64,000 nucleotides of DNA from a bacterium. Lineage in GTDB: Bacteria > CAIWAD01. The stretch is from assembly GCA_030685015.1 (NCBI GenBank), contig JAUXWS010000087.1, positions 24,822 to 88,821 on the forward strand, in the 5' to 3' direction. The notes below the pieces were generated by a model, which was not told the origin of the DNA, did not search any database, and saw nothing but the letters and a program-made list of their open reading frames with translations. A program made the translations under genes and the position numbers. Positions 33,867-44,040 of this stretch are shown here, in pieces (position 1 is the first letter of the stretch; each line of letters starts with the position of its first letter).

Positions 33867-34859
33867 TCAGCGATACTCGCGCAGGGCCTTCATGTAATTG
33901 GCCCGCTCGAAGGCGGCGGGATCCACCACCTTGCCCAGGCTCATGCTGCCCTTCATCTGGCGCAGGGACTCGTATTCGTGTTCCTCCATCCAGTGGCGGA
34001 TGGTCTCCAGCAGGCCGCGGGCGTGCTCGGGACCGTGGATGAGCAGGCTGGCGCAGAGCTGGCAGGCGTCGGCCCCGGCCATGGTCGCCTTGATCACGTC
34101 GCGCCCGGTGTGGACGCCCGTGGAGAGGGCGAGGCTGGCCCGCGTCACCACGGAGCGCAGGATGGCGGTCCAGCGCAGGGGCAGGCGCAGGCTGCCCGAG
34201 TTGCTGAGCCGGACCTCGGGCACCACCTCCAGGTTCTCGATGTCCATGTCCGGTTGGTAGAAGCGGTTGAAGAGGACGAGGGCGTCGGCCCCGGCCTGCT
34301 CCAGCTTGCGCGCCATGTTGGGCAGGCTGCTGAAGAAGGGGGAGAGCTTGACGGCGACGGGCACGCCGACCACCTTGCGCACCTGGGCGAGGTCGTCCAG
34401 GTAGAGCTGCTCCACGGCGGCGCCATCCAGATCGGGATGGGTTGGGATGGTGTAGATGTTGAGTTCGATGCCGTCGGCGCCGGCCTGCTCCATCTTGTGG
34501 GCCATGTCCATCCAGCCGCCCGGCGTCACGCCGTTGAGGCTGGCGATGACCGGGATGGAGAGGGCCTGCTTGAGGCGGCGGATCTGCTCCAGATAGCCAT
34601 CGGGGCCGGACTGGTAGTGACCCAGATCGGGGAAGTAGCCCATCGCCTCGGCGAAGCTCTCGCTGCCTTGCTCGAGATGGTGGAAAAGCTCCAGCTCGGC
34701 GTGGCGGATCTCCTCCTCGAAGAGGGAATACATGACGATGGCGGCGACGCCCGCCTCCTCCAGCCGCTTGACCGTGTCCAGTTCGCGGGAAAGGGGCGAG
34801 GCCGAGGCGATCAGCGGATTGGGCAACTGAAGCCCCATGTAACTGGTGGAAAGATCCAT
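33867..34859 (-). CDS. dihydroorotate dehydrogenase-like (PyrD/PreA-type TIM-barrel flavoprotein) family protein
   Basis: Start MDLSTSYMGLQLPNPLIASASPLS. Motifs IELNIYTIPTHPD and VKLSPFF. The ORF-table extension to 34934 is probably not translated. Confidence 0.65.
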   Translation of the reverse strand: MDLSTSYMGLQLPNPLIASASPLSRELDTVKRLEEAGVAAIVMYSLFEEEIRHAELELFHHLEQGSESFAEAMGYFPDLGHYQSGPDGYLEQIRRLKQALSIPVIASLNGVTPGGWMDMAHKMEQAGADGIELNIYTIPTHPDLDGAAVEQLYLDDLAQVRKVVGVPVAVKLSPFFSSLPNMARKLEQAGADALVLFNRFYQPDMDIENLEVVPEVRLSNSGSLRLPLRWTAILRSVVTRASLALSTGVHTGRDVIKATMAGADACQLCASLLIHGPEHARGLLETIRHWMEEHEYESLRQMKGSMSLGKVVDPAAFERANYMKALREYR

Positions 34860-35024
34860 CGAGATCTCCTCAAAGGCTCGTTTCAAGGTTTCTGTCTGAA
34901 CTGTTAAGGTACTGACAAGACGAAGGTGGTGCAAGGCGCGGCCGGACCTCGCTCACGCACACCGCCAGGTCCGCATCCCGGCCGGGCCGGCGGAAGCAAC
35001 AGCCGGGCCAACGTGGAGCCAGCC

Positions 35025-35426
35025 ATGGACCAGCCCCGACCCTTTGCCCTGCGCCTGCTTAGCCCCCTGCCCATGGCCGAGGTGGAGGCGCGCTGTCGCA
35101 GCCTGTTGGCGGACGAGGGTTTCGGCGTGCTCACCGAGATCGATATGGCCGCCACGCTCAAGGCCAAGCTGGGGGTCGATGAGGCGCCCTGCCTCATCCT
35201 GGGCGCCTGCAACCCGACCTTCGCCCACGAGGCCATGGGGCGCGAACCGGCTGTCGGGGTGCTGCTGCCCTGCAACGTGGTCATCCGCGATCTGGGCAGC
35301 CATCGTGAAGTGTGGGCCATGGACCCCGCCTTCATGGGAACCGTGGCGCCCACCCTGGCCGACCTTGGCCAGGCGGTCGGCGAGCGCATCCGCCGCGTGC
35401 TGGAGCGATTGGAAGCGGGGGCCTGA
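35025..35426 (+). CDS. DUF302 domain protein
   Basis: MDQPRPFALRLLSPLPMAEVEARCRSLLADEGFGVLTEIDMAATLKAKLGVDEAPCLILGACNP is characteristic of DUF302. The upstream part of ORF 34926 is discounted. Confidence 0.55.
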   Translation: MDQPRPFALRLLSPLPMAEVEARCRSLLADEGFGVLTEIDMAATLKAKLGVDEAPCLILGACNPTFAHEAMGREPAVGVLLPCNVVIRDLGSHREVWAMDPAFMGTVAPTLADLGQAVGERIRRVLERLEAGA

Positions 35427-35472
35427 CCAAGCCTGACCTGTTGCCAGCCTGTCGCGGCAAGAGGCGACGGTC

Positions 35473-35874
35473 TCAATCCGCCACCAGATCCGTGTAGATG
35501 CTCTCCGTCTCGTGGAGTCGCAGACGCACCACGCGGCAGCCCAGCTCCTCATCCACCAGCTGCAGCCGGATCCAGCGCAGCAGGTTCTCCGTGGAAGGCT
35601 GCCGGGTGGAGAACCAGTCGATGTCGGTGTCGATGCGGGCATGGTCCAGCACCCGGATGACCCGTTCCCGAACCACCGTCTTGATCCGCCCCAGATCCGC
35701 CACGAAACCCGTCCGCTCATCCAGCTCGCCGGTGAGAGACACGATCAGGCGGTAATTGTGGCCATGGAGGCGGACATCCTCCCCGAAGGCGGCGACGTTT
35801 TCCTCCTCGCTCAGGACAGGATTCCAGTAGCGGTGGGCGGCACAAAAATGGAAGACTTTATGCAAGATGATCAT
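35473..35874 (-). CDS. queD: 6-carboxytetrahydropterin / 6-pyruvoyl-tetrahydropterin synthase family protein (QueD/PTPS)
   Basis: MIILHKVFHFCAAHRYWNPVLSEEENVAAFGEDVRLHGHNYRL carries the Cys-His-His zinc site and catalytic motif of PTPS/QueD. Alternative start at 35922. Confidence 0.7.
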   Translation of the reverse strand: MIILHKVFHFCAAHRYWNPVLSEEENVAAFGEDVRLHGHNYRLIVSLTGELDERTGFVADLGRIKTVVRERVIRVLDHARIDTDIDWFSTRQPSTENLLRWIRLQLVDEELGCRVVRLRLHETESIYTDLVAD

Positions 35875-36182
35875 GGGGATCCGCCTGACAATGTTGGATC
35901 TTGCTGCCCGCAAAGTTATCATTCCAAACTTTCTTCGCGCGCCTGTGAGCCGGGAGGCCCCGCCTCGCGCCGGGCCGTGGATTCCCGACCAGCAGTCTGT
36001 CGGGCTTGGACCTTCAATGGGATTTGCGCCCAGATCGAGGCCGGTCCTTCGGAGATTTCGCAGCGCATACTGGTGGTATGTGCAAGAAATCTGTGAAAAA
36101 TCCGGGCCGATTGGGGCGATGAAGACCGCGCAGCGGCCAAGTCCGACTGGCTGCCAAGGCAGCTGCAACAAGGAGGCGATTC

Positions 36183-37268
36183 GTGCTGACAAGTTACGAC
36201 CCGCTCAAGGGGAAGATCCTGCAGATGCTGGATGAGTCCGGCCGGCTGGTCAAGGGCAAGCATCAGCCTCTGCTGGAGGGCGAGGCCCTGGTCGCCGCCT
36301 ACCGCCACATGCTGCGGGCCCGGGTTGCCGACGAGAAAGCCCTCCAGTTCCAGCGCCAGAAGCGCATCCACACCCTGCCCGTCAACAAGGGGCAGGAGGC
36401 GGCGGCGGTGGGCAGCGCCCTCGCCCTCGCCGCGGACGACTGGATGGTGCAGTCCTACCGGGAGCTGGGCGCCCTGCTGGTGAAGGGGGCCACCATCCGC
36501 AACCACCTGCTCTATTTCAAGGGGAGCGAATGGGGCGCCGTCCACCCCGGCCATCCCCGCATCCTGCCGCTGTCCGTGCCCATCGGCTCGCAGATCACGC
36601 ACGCCGCCGGCATCGGCCACGCCATCCGCTACCAGGGTGGGCGGGAGGTGGTGATCGTCTACTTCGGGGACGGCGGCACCTCCCAGGGGGATTTTCACGA
36701 AGGCCTCAACTGGGCCGCCCTCTTCGGCTGCCCCGTCATCTTTTTCTGCAACAACAACCAGTACGCCATTTCCCTCAATCGCCGGCGGCAGACCCTCACC
36801 CCCACCCTGGCCCAGAAGGCCGTGGCCTACGGCATGCCAGGCCTGCAGGTGGACGGCAACGACCTGCTCGCCGTCCATGCCGCCACCGCCGCTGCCGCCG
36901 ACCACGCCCGCACGGGCAAGGGGCCCGTCCTGATCGAGGCCCTCACCTACCGGATGGGTCCCCACACCACGGCCGACGATCCCAGCCTCTACCGCAGCCG
37001 CGAGGAGGAGCTGCAATGGGAGGCCCGCGACCCGCTCGTCCGGGTGCGCCGCCTGCTCGAGAGCCGGGGCCAGTGGGATGATGCCCGCGAGGAGGCCTGC
37101 CGGCAGGAGGCCGTGGCCGAGACCGACGCCGCCATGCGGGAGGTGGACGAGTTGCACGAAACGCCCGTGGACGAGGTCTTCGCCTTTCAATACGCCGATC
37201 GACCGGCCGAGCTGGTGCGCCAGCAGGCGGCCTTTGAAGCCTACCTGAGCTGGAAGGAGGCCCGCTGA
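36183..37268 (+). CDS. 2-oxoacid (pyruvate or branched-chain) dehydrogenase E1 component alpha subunit, TPP-dependent
   Basis: GTG start preceded by AAGGAGG. TPP-binding region YFGDGGTSQGDFHEGLNWAALFGCPVIFFCNNNQYAIS. Confidence 0.85.
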   Translation: MLTSYDPLKGKILQMLDESGRLVKGKHQPLLEGEALVAAYRHMLRARVADEKALQFQRQKRIHTLPVNKGQEAAAVGSALALAADDWMVQSYRELGALLVKGATIRNHLLYFKGSEWGAVHPGHPRILPLSVPIGSQITHAAGIGHAIRYQGGREVVIVYFGDGGTSQGDFHEGLNWAALFGCPVIFFCNNNQYAISLNRRRQTLTPTLAQKAVAYGMPGLQVDGNDLLAVHAATAAAADHARTGKGPVLIEALTYRMGPHTTADDPSLYRSREEELQWEARDPLVRVRRLLESRGQWDDAREEACRQEAVAETDAAMREVDELHETPVDEVFAFQYADRPAELVRQQAAFEAYLSWKEAR

Positions 37269-38251
37269 TGCCCGCCATGAACCTGGTCCAGGCCATCCAA
37301 TCGGCCCTGGATTTCAAGCTGCAGGACGACGGGCGGGTGCTGGTCTTCGGCGAGGACGCCGGGCACGAGGGCGGCGTCTTCCGCGTGACCCAAGGATTGC
37401 AAGCCAAGTACGGCGAGCGTCGCGTCTTCGACACGCCGCTGGCCGAGTCCGTCATCATGGGCGCCGGGCTGGGCATGGCCGTGGCCGGGCTGCGGCCGGT
37501 GATGGAGATCCAGTTCTGCGGGTTCATCTACCCCGCCATGAACCAGCTGGTGACCCATGTGGCCCGCATGCGCAACCGCAGCCGCGGCGTTTTCACAGCG
37601 CCCCTCACCATCCGCCTGCCCTACGGCGGAGGCATCCAGGCCCTCGAGCTGCACAGCGAGAGCATGGAGGCCATGATGGCCCACATCCCCGGGCTCAAGG
37701 TGGTCATCCCCTCCACCCCCTACGACGCCAAGGGCCTGCTCATCAGCGCCATCGAGTGCGAGGATCCCGTCCTCTTCATGGAGCCGAAAAAGGTCTACCG
37801 GGCCTTCCGGCAGGAGGTGCCGGAGGAGCCCTACCGCATTCCCCTGGGCAAGGCCAGCCTGGTGCAGGCCGGGGAGCGCGTCACGCTTGTCGCCTACGGG
37901 GCCATGATGCGCGTGGCGCGCCAGGCGGTGGAGCTGGCGGCGAAGGAGGGCCTTTCGGTGGAGTTGATCGACCTGCGCTCCATCTACCCGCTGGACACCG
38001 AAACCGTGCTCGAATCGGTGCGCAAGACCGGCCGCCTGGCCATCCTGCATGAGGGCCCCATGTCCTTCGGCGTGGCGGCGGAACTGGTCGCCCGCGTCAA
38101 CGAGGAGGCCCTGCTCTGGCTGGAGGCGCCGCCCCGCCGCATCTGCGGGTTCGACACGATCATGCCGCTGCCCATGGGCGAGCACCATTACATGCCGACG
38201 CCGGAGCGGGTCCTATACGAGCTGATCCAGCTCCACAGCTTTCCGGAGTGA
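37268..38251 (+). CDS. 2-oxoacid dehydrogenase E1 component beta subunit
   Basis: Transketolase-like pyrimidine-binding and C-terminal domains (FGEDAGHEGGVFRVTQGL...IPSTPYDAKGLL). Confidence 0.9.
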   Translation: MPAMNLVQAIQSALDFKLQDDGRVLVFGEDAGHEGGVFRVTQGLQAKYGERRVFDTPLAESVIMGAGLGMAVAGLRPVMEIQFCGFIYPAMNQLVTHVARMRNRSRGVFTAPLTIRLPYGGGIQALELHSESMEAMMAHIPGLKVVIPSTPYDAKGLLISAIECEDPVLFMEPKKVYRAFRQEVPEEPYRIPLGKASLVQAGERVTLVAYGAMMRVARQAVELAAKEGLSVELIDLRSIYPLDTETVLESVRKTGRLAILHEGPMSFGVAAELVARVNEEALLWLEAPPRRICGFDTIMPLPMGEHHYMPTPERVLYELIQLHSFPE

Positions 38252-39546
38252 CCATGGCCTACGTGTTCCATTTCCCCGACCTGGGCGAGGGCCTGACCGA
38301 GGGCAAGCTGCTGCAGTGGTACGTGCAGGAGGGCGCCCAGGTGAAGGAGGGCGACCTCATCGCCAAGGTGGAGACGGACAAGGTGGTGGCGGACATCCCG
38401 GTGCCACGCTCCGGCCGGGTGAGGAAATTGCACGGCCGGCCCGAGGAGATCCTGCTCGTGGGCAATCCGCTCATCGAGCTGGACACGGAAGGCCAGGCCT
38501 CGCCCCTGGCGGCGAAACCCTCCACCGCTGATTCCGCGGCCGGGGAAGCGGGACCGGGCGTGGTGGGCAACATCGAAGTGGCCACCGGTCCCGAGGTGAT
38601 GCCCGCCACGGGTGAGGGATTGGCTCCCGCCCCCACGTCCGGAGCAGCCCCCGGGCGCCGCGCGCAGGCCACACCCGTGGCGCGCCGCATGGCCATGGAC
38701 CTCCGGGTGGATCTCAACCAGGTGACGGGCAGCGGTCCCCAGGGCCGCGTGATGAAGGCCGACATCCAGCGCGCGTCCCAGGCTCCCGCCGTCCAGCCGG
38801 CGGACGCCCCGACCGCGCCGACGCCCCCCCTGGCGACGGAAACCCGCGGCGGCACGCGGGTGGAGCCGCTCAGCCAGTTGCGCAAGACGGTGGCGGCGCG
38901 CATGGTGCGGTCCAAGTTCAGCGCGCCCCACGCCACCACCTGCGAGGAGGTGGAGGTGGGCGCCCTGGTCGAGCTGCGCGACTCGCAGCGCCCCCGCTAC
39001 CAGGCAATGGGCCTGCGCCTCTCCTACATGCCCTTCATCTGCCGGGCCGTGGCGCTGGCCCTGCGCCGCCACCCCAAGCTCAACAGCCGCCTGGACATGG
39101 AGGCGGGAACCGTCACCTGGCACGACTTCGTGCACCTGGGCCTGGCCGTGGACACGCCCGACGGCCTGATCGTGCCGGTCATCCGGGACGCCGACACGCT
39201 CTCCATCCGCGAGCTGGCCATGCGCATCGCCGACCTGGCGGAGCGGGCGCGCACCCGGCAGATCCGCCTGGACGAGCTGCGGGGCGGCACCTTCACCATC
39301 ACCAACTACGGCGCCATCGCCGGCATCCACGGCGCCCCCATCATCAACACGCCGGAGTCGGCCATCCTGGGCGTCGGCCGACTGCGGGAGGTCCCGGTGG
39401 TGAAGGCGGGGGCCGTCCTGCCCGGCCATGTGCTGCCCTTGTCGCTGGCCGTGGACCACCGCATCATCGACGGCGGCGACGCGGCGCGCTTCCTGCGCGA
39501 GGTGATGGACCTGCTGGCCGATCCCATCGCCATGCTGATGGACTGA
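38248..39546 (+). CDS. dihydrolipoamide acyltransferase (E2) component
   Basis: N-terminal lipoyl domain (KVETDKVVADIP), Ala/Pro linker, and C-terminal catalytic domain with DHRIIDGGDAARF. Confidence 0.9.
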   Translation: MTMAYVFHFPDLGEGLTEGKLLQWYVQEGAQVKEGDLIAKVETDKVVADIPVPRSGRVRKLHGRPEEILLVGNPLIELDTEGQASPLAAKPSTADSAAGEAGPGVVGNIEVATGPEVMPATGEGLAPAPTSGAAPGRRAQATPVARRMAMDLRVDLNQVTGSGPQGRVMKADIQRASQAPAVQPADAPTAPTPPLATETRGGTRVEPLSQLRKTVAARMVRSKFSAPHATTCEEVEVGALVELRDSQRPRYQAMGLRLSYMPFICRAVALALRRHPKLNSRLDMEAGTVTWHDFVHLGLAVDTPDGLIVPVIRDADTLSIRELAMRIADLAERARTRQIRLDELRGGTFTITNYGAIAGIHGAPIINTPESAILGVGRLREVPVVKAGAVLPGHVLPLSLAVDHRIIDGGDAARFLREVMDLLADPIAMLMD

Positions 39547-39631
39547 ACCGGCGGGAGGCGGCTTTGTCGTCCGCCTGCGACCGCGACGAGGCCGGGCAAC
39601 TGGAAATGGACCAAATGAGAGCGGGTGGGAC

Positions 39632-40987
39632 ATGGCAGCCTTCGATTGCGTGATTGTCGGCGGCGGGCCGGGCGGTTATGTCGCCGCCATCCGCGCCGCC
39701 CAGTTGGGTCTCAAGACCGCGCTGGTCGAGCGCGCCCGGATGGGCGGCCAGTGCCTGAACTGGGGCTGCATCCCATCCAAGGCGTTGATGGAGAGCGCCA
39801 AGCTCTTCGATCGGATCGGCCGGGCCGGGTCCTTTGGCATCGACGGGATCGATCCGGCGGCGCTGCGCTTCAACTGGAGGAAGGCCTCGGCGCGCAAGGA
39901 CAAGATCGTCCTCAAACTGGTGCGCGGCGTCGAGTTCCTCATGAAGAAGAGCACGGTCGACGTGGTGCAGGGCGAGGCCGTCATCGAGGACGCGGGCCGC
40001 GTGCGGGTGGACGATCGTTTGCTGGAGACCCGGCACATCCTGCTGGCCACGGGCGCCGTGCCCGACGACAGGGCACTGGCCAGCCTGCCGGCGTCCCTGG
40101 TGGCCACCGTGCCCGCCTTCTTCGCGCGCCAGGACCTGCCGGACGAGATCCTGGTGTGGGGGGCCAACGGCGCCGCCTGCGAGATCGCCCTCATGCTGCG
40201 GCTTTCCGGCCATGCGGTGCGCCTGGCGGCGCCCGACCAGCACCTGCTCGGCTTTCTGGACCACGATCTGCGGGACTACGTCCACAAGCGCATGGTGAAG
40301 CTGGGCATTCCCCTCCACCTGGGTGTGGCGGCTCCCCATTCACCCGAGGCTGGCCAGCTTTCCATCGAGGGGGAGACCTTCCCGTGCGGCTTGGTGGTGA
40401 ACAGCGCCGACCGCCTCCCCGTGGTGCCCCGGTTGGGATCGCTCCACCCCGCCCGGGATGGGCGGGGCTTCCTTGTCGTGGACGGGCACGGGCGCACCAA
40501 CGTGCCCGGCCTTTACGCCGCCGGCGACGTGACCGGCCTGCTCTGGGCCCAGGCAGCCAGCGCCCAGGGAACGGCGGCGGTCAGCCACATGGCGGGCCGA
40601 GAACAGCCGGTGGACGTGGCCCGCATCCCGGTCAACCTCTACCTGGATCCCGAGATCGCCGCCGTGGGCATGACGGAGGAGCAGTTGAAGGAGCTGAATC
40701 TGCCCTACCGCAAAGGAGAATTCAGCCTCTCCGTCAACGGCAAGGCCCTGGCCGAGGGCAACACCGAGGGCTTTGTCAAGGTGCTCGCCACCGAGCCCTA
40801 CGGCGAGGTGGTGGGCGTGCACGTGGTGGCGGCCAGCGCCACCGACCTGATCAGCGAGGCGGTGGCCCACATGAAGCTGGAGGCGACGCTGGAGGACGTG
40901 GCCGGCGCCATCCATGCCCACCCCACCCTGAGCGAGGCCTTCTGGGAGGCCAGCGTCGACGCCCTGGAGCGCCCCCTGCACAAGTGA
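39632..40987 (+). CDS. lpdA: dihydrolipoyl dehydrogenase (E3)
   Basis: FDCVIVGGGPGGYVAA...GGQCLNWGCIPSKAL redox-active disulfide. C-terminal HAHPTLSEA dimerisation motif. Confidence 0.9.
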   Translation: MAAFDCVIVGGGPGGYVAAIRAAQLGLKTALVERARMGGQCLNWGCIPSKALMESAKLFDRIGRAGSFGIDGIDPAALRFNWRKASARKDKIVLKLVRGVEFLMKKSTVDVVQGEAVIEDAGRVRVDDRLLETRHILLATGAVPDDRALASLPASLVATVPAFFARQDLPDEILVWGANGAACEIALMLRLSGHAVRLAAPDQHLLGFLDHDLRDYVHKRMVKLGIPLHLGVAAPHSPEAGQLSIEGETFPCGLVVNSADRLPVVPRLGSLHPARDGRGFLVVDGHGRTNVPGLYAAGDVTGLLWAQAASAQGTAAVSHMAGREQPVDVARIPVNLYLDPEIAAVGMTEEQLKELNLPYRKGEFSLSVNGKALAEGNTEGFVKVLATEPYGEVVGVHVVAASATDLISEAVAHMKLEATLEDVAGAIHAHPTLSEAFWEASVDALERPLHK

Positions 40988-41155
40988 TGGTCGGGCCGGC
41001 CGGTCCGGCCAGCCCGTCGCGATGAATCCCGCCCGGCGCGGCGGCGCTCAACCGTCCGTCCCTGCCGTCCCGCTCTGCAGGCGAACGGAGCAGGCCGCGT
41101 TCCATGCCCCTGTCCCGCCCATGCTCTACATTGATTGTGTCACTCCCACCAGCCA

Positions 41156-42187
41156 ATGGCGAGGTTCATGATGGAATTCAAGGAAATCAACCTCGAAGCA
41201 GATTGGGGCGAATGGATGGACCGCCTGCGCCAGCGGGCCGGCCACCTGCTGGGCATCGTCCTGCTGCTCGTGCTGGCGCTCAGTTCCTGGTTCACGGTGG
41301 GCCCCGAGGAAGTCGGCGTCGTGCTGCGCTTCGGCGCCTACACGAGAAAGGTGGATCCCGGCCTTCATCTCAAGTTCCCCTTCGGCATCGAGCAGGTGAC
41401 GAAGGTGCCTGTCGAGCGGCAGTTGAAGGAGGAGTTCGGCTTCCGCACGGCCAAGGCCGGCGTCAACACACAGTATGCCAAGGGGGATTTCTCGGGTGAA
41501 TCCCTCATGATGACGGGCGACCTCAACCTGGCCGATGTGGAGTGGATCATCCAGTACCGGGTGGCCGATCCCTTCAAGTACCTCTTCCGCGTGCGGGGAC
41601 CGCGCGAGACCCTGCGCGACATGACCGAGGCCGTCATGCGGCGGGTGGTGGGCGACCGCAGCGTCAACGAGGTGCTGACGGTGGGACGCCAGGAGGTCTG
41701 CCTGGCCGTCGAGGAGGAGCTGCAGCTGCTCTGCGTGCAGTACGAGACGGGCATCAAGATCGAACAGGTCGTGCTGCAGGACGTCAACCCGCCCGATCGC
41801 GTCAAGCCCGCCTTCAACGAGGTGAATGAAGCCCAGCAGGAACGCGAGAAGCTGATCAACGAGGCCCGCAGCGAGTACAACCGCATCATACCGAGGGCCC
41901 GCGGCGAGGCGGAGCAGACCCTGCAGCAGGCCGAGGGCTATGCCATGGACCGCGTCAACCGCTCCCGCGGCGAGGCGACCCGCTTCAATTCCCTCTTCAC
42001 CGAATACCAGCGCGCGCCCGAGGTGACACGGACCCGCATCTACCTGGAGACGATGCGCGACGTGCTGGCCAAAAGCGGGCGCAAAGTGGTGCTGGACGAG
42101 GCGGCCAAGGGCCTGCTACCACTCATGCTCTTTGATGGACAGGCCGCCCCTGCGGCCACAGGGGCCGGCACGGGAGGTGCACGATGA
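41156..42187 (+). CDS. hflK: FtsH protease modulator HflK (SPFH/band-7 domain)
   Basis: Single N-terminal TM helix followed by an SPFH domain. The ATGA-type overlap with downstream hflC. Exact start (41135, 41156 or 41168) is uncertain. Confidence 0.85.
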   Translation: MARFMMEFKEINLEADWGEWMDRLRQRAGHLLGIVLLLVLALSSWFTVGPEEVGVVLRFGAYTRKVDPGLHLKFPFGIEQVTKVPVERQLKEEFGFRTAKAGVNTQYAKGDFSGESLMMTGDLNLADVEWIIQYRVADPFKYLFRVRGPRETLRDMTEAVMRRVVGDRSVNEVLTVGRQEVCLAVEEELQLLCVQYETGIKIEQVVLQDVNPPDRVKPAFNEVNEAQQEREKLINEARSEYNRIIPRARGEAEQTLQQAEGYAMDRVNRSRGEATRFNSLFTEYQRAPEVTRTRIYLETMRDVLAKSGRKVVLDEAAKGLLPLMLFDGQAAPAATGAGTGGAR

Positions 42188-43122
42188 AACTGGGCGTCAA
42201 GATCGGCATCGCCGCGGCAGGGCTCTTCCTGATCCTGTCGGCGATCTATCAGGTCAACGAGACGGAGCAGGTCATCATCACGCAATTCGGCCGTCCAGTG
42301 GGCGGCGCCGTGACCAAGGCCGGCCTCCATCTCAAGGTGCCGCTCATCCAGGAGGTGCATCGCTTCGACAAGCGCTTCATGGCCTGGGACGGGGATCCCA
42401 ACCAGGTGCCGACCCGGGACAAACGGTTCATCTGGATTGACACCTACGCCCGCTGGCGCATCGTCGACCCGCTGCTCTTCTACCAGCGGCTGCGGGATGA
42501 GCGCGGCGCCCACAGCCGCCTGGACGATATCCTGGACGGCGAGGCGCGCACGGCCGTGGCCCGTCACGACCTGGTGGAACTGGTGCGCACCACCAATCGC
42601 ACCCTGATCAGCGCGGAGGACGTGGATTCCCTGGCCGGGGAAGGGGCCGGCCCCATCAACACCGGGCGGCAAGTGATCAGTGCCGAGATCCTGGCCAATG
42701 CCCAGGCGCGGGTCAAGGACCTGGGCATCGAGGTGCTGGACATCCGCTTCAAGCGCATCGGCTATGTGGAGGAAGTGCGCCAGAAGGTCTACGAGCGCAT
42801 GATCAGCGAGCGGCGCCGCATCGCCGACCAGTACCGTTCCGAAGGCCAGGGCGAGGCCAGCCGCATCAACGGCGAGCGGGAGCGCGAGCTGAAGACGATC
42901 AGCTCCGAGGCTTACCGCAAGGCCGAGGAGGTGCGGGGCAAAGCCGACGCCGAGGCCACGCGCATTTATGCCGGAGCCTACAACCAGAACCAGCAGACCC
43001 GGGATTTCTACACCTTCATGCGCACGATGGAGAGCTACCAGGAAAGCTTCAACGGAGAGACGGCGCTCATTCTCTCCACTTCGAGCGAGTTCTACCGTTT
43101 CCTGTCGAGGGGGGGCCGCTGA
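42184..43122 (+). CDS. hflC: FtsH protease modulator HflC (SPFH/band-7 domain)
   Basis: MKLGVKIGIAAAGLFLILSAIYQVNETEQVIITQFGRP... is a canonical HflC N-terminus. Confidence 0.85.
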   Translation: MKLGVKIGIAAAGLFLILSAIYQVNETEQVIITQFGRPVGGAVTKAGLHLKVPLIQEVHRFDKRFMAWDGDPNQVPTRDKRFIWIDTYARWRIVDPLLFYQRLRDERGAHSRLDDILDGEARTAVARHDLVELVRTTNRTLISAEDVDSLAGEGAGPINTGRQVISAEILANAQARVKDLGIEVLDIRFKRIGYVEEVRQKVYERMISERRRIADQYRSEGQGEASRINGERERELKTISSEAYRKAEEVRGKADAEATRIYAGAYNQNQQTRDFYTFMRTMESYQESFNGETALILSTSSEFYRFLSRGGR

Positions 43123-43125
43123 CCG

Positions 43126-44040
43126 GTGGCCTTGGGTGCGATCCAGGCCCATGTGGGCCGCTGTGCCTTCCACCGCCTGCTCGATTCCGGCAATGGATAC
43201 CGGCTCGAGCAGTTCGGGGAGGTGTCGGTGGCGCGACCAGACCCCCATGCCCTTTGGTCGCCGCGCCTGCCGCGCGCGGATTGGGAAGCGGCGACGGCTT
43301 GGTTCCACCGCGAGCAGCGCTTCGGCACCAGCCACTGGGAGCGCCGCGCTCCCCTTCCCCAGCCCTGGCTGGTCCGCCATGGCGACCTCGCCTTCGAACT
43401 GGCCCTGACCCCTTTCAAACACACGGGCATCTTTCCCGAGCATGAGCCGAGCTGGTCTTGGCTGCAGGAAGGCCTGCGCGCCTGGCGGGAGCGCCATCCC
43501 GGCCGCGCCCCCCGCGTCCTCAACCTCTTCGCCTACACGGGCGCCGCCAGCCTGGCGGCGGCCGCCGCCGGGGCCGAGGTCTGCCACGTGGACGCCGCGC
43601 GGGAGGTGGTGGCCTGGGCACGGCGCAACCAGGCCCATTCCGGCCTGGGCGAGGCGGCCCTGCGCTGGATCACCGACGACGCGGGTGATTTCCTGCGCCG
43701 CGAGCTGAAGCGCGGCCGCCGCTATGACGGCATCCTGCTGGACCCGCCCGCCTACGGCCGGGACCCCAAAGGCCAGGTCTTCCGCTTCGAGACGCATGTG
43801 GGTCCGTTGTTGGCCGACTGCCGCCGCCTGCTGGGAGACGAGGCGGACTTCCTCCTGGTCCATGCCTACTCCCTGGGCTACTCGGCCACTGTCATCGGAC
43901 AGTTGCTGGCCGCCCACCTGCCGGAGGACGGAATCGAGCTGGGCGAGCTGCGCCTGGATGAGGAGGCCCGTCCGGGGCTGCCCTCCCGCCAGCTGCCCTG
44001 CAGCGTCTTCGCCCGCTGGTCGGCGCGGAGCGGGCGGTGA
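43126..44040 (+). CDS. class I SAM-dependent methyltransferase (RlmI/YccW-like)
   Basis: VLNLFAYTGAASLAAAAAGAEVCHVD SAM-binding motif and ILLDPPAYG motif. Confidence 0.6.
   Translation: MALGAIQAHVGRCAFHRLLDSGNGYRLEQFGEVSVARPDPHALWSPRLPRADWEAATAWFHREQRFGTSHWERRAPLPQPWLVRHGDLAFELALTPFKHTGIFPEHEPSWSWLQEGLRAWRERHPGRAPRVLNLFAYTGAASLAAAAAGAEVCHVDAAREVVAWARRNQAHSGLGEAALRWITDDAGDFLRRELKRGRRYDGILLDPPAYGRDPKGQVFRFETHVGPLLADCRRLLGDEADFLLVHAYSLGYSATVIGQLLAAHLPEDGIELGELRLDEEARPGLPSRQLPCSVFARWSARSGR

Noticed and set aside
41000-41030. GC-rich imperfect hairpin after lpd as a possible terminator
   Set aside because: The stem has a mismatch and no T-run follows, so it was not reported as a feature.
42040-43917. 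625-aa reverse-strand ORF
   Set aside because: Antisense to hflK, hflC and the methyltransferase. It has no motifs and its composition is typical of GC-rich antisense frames.
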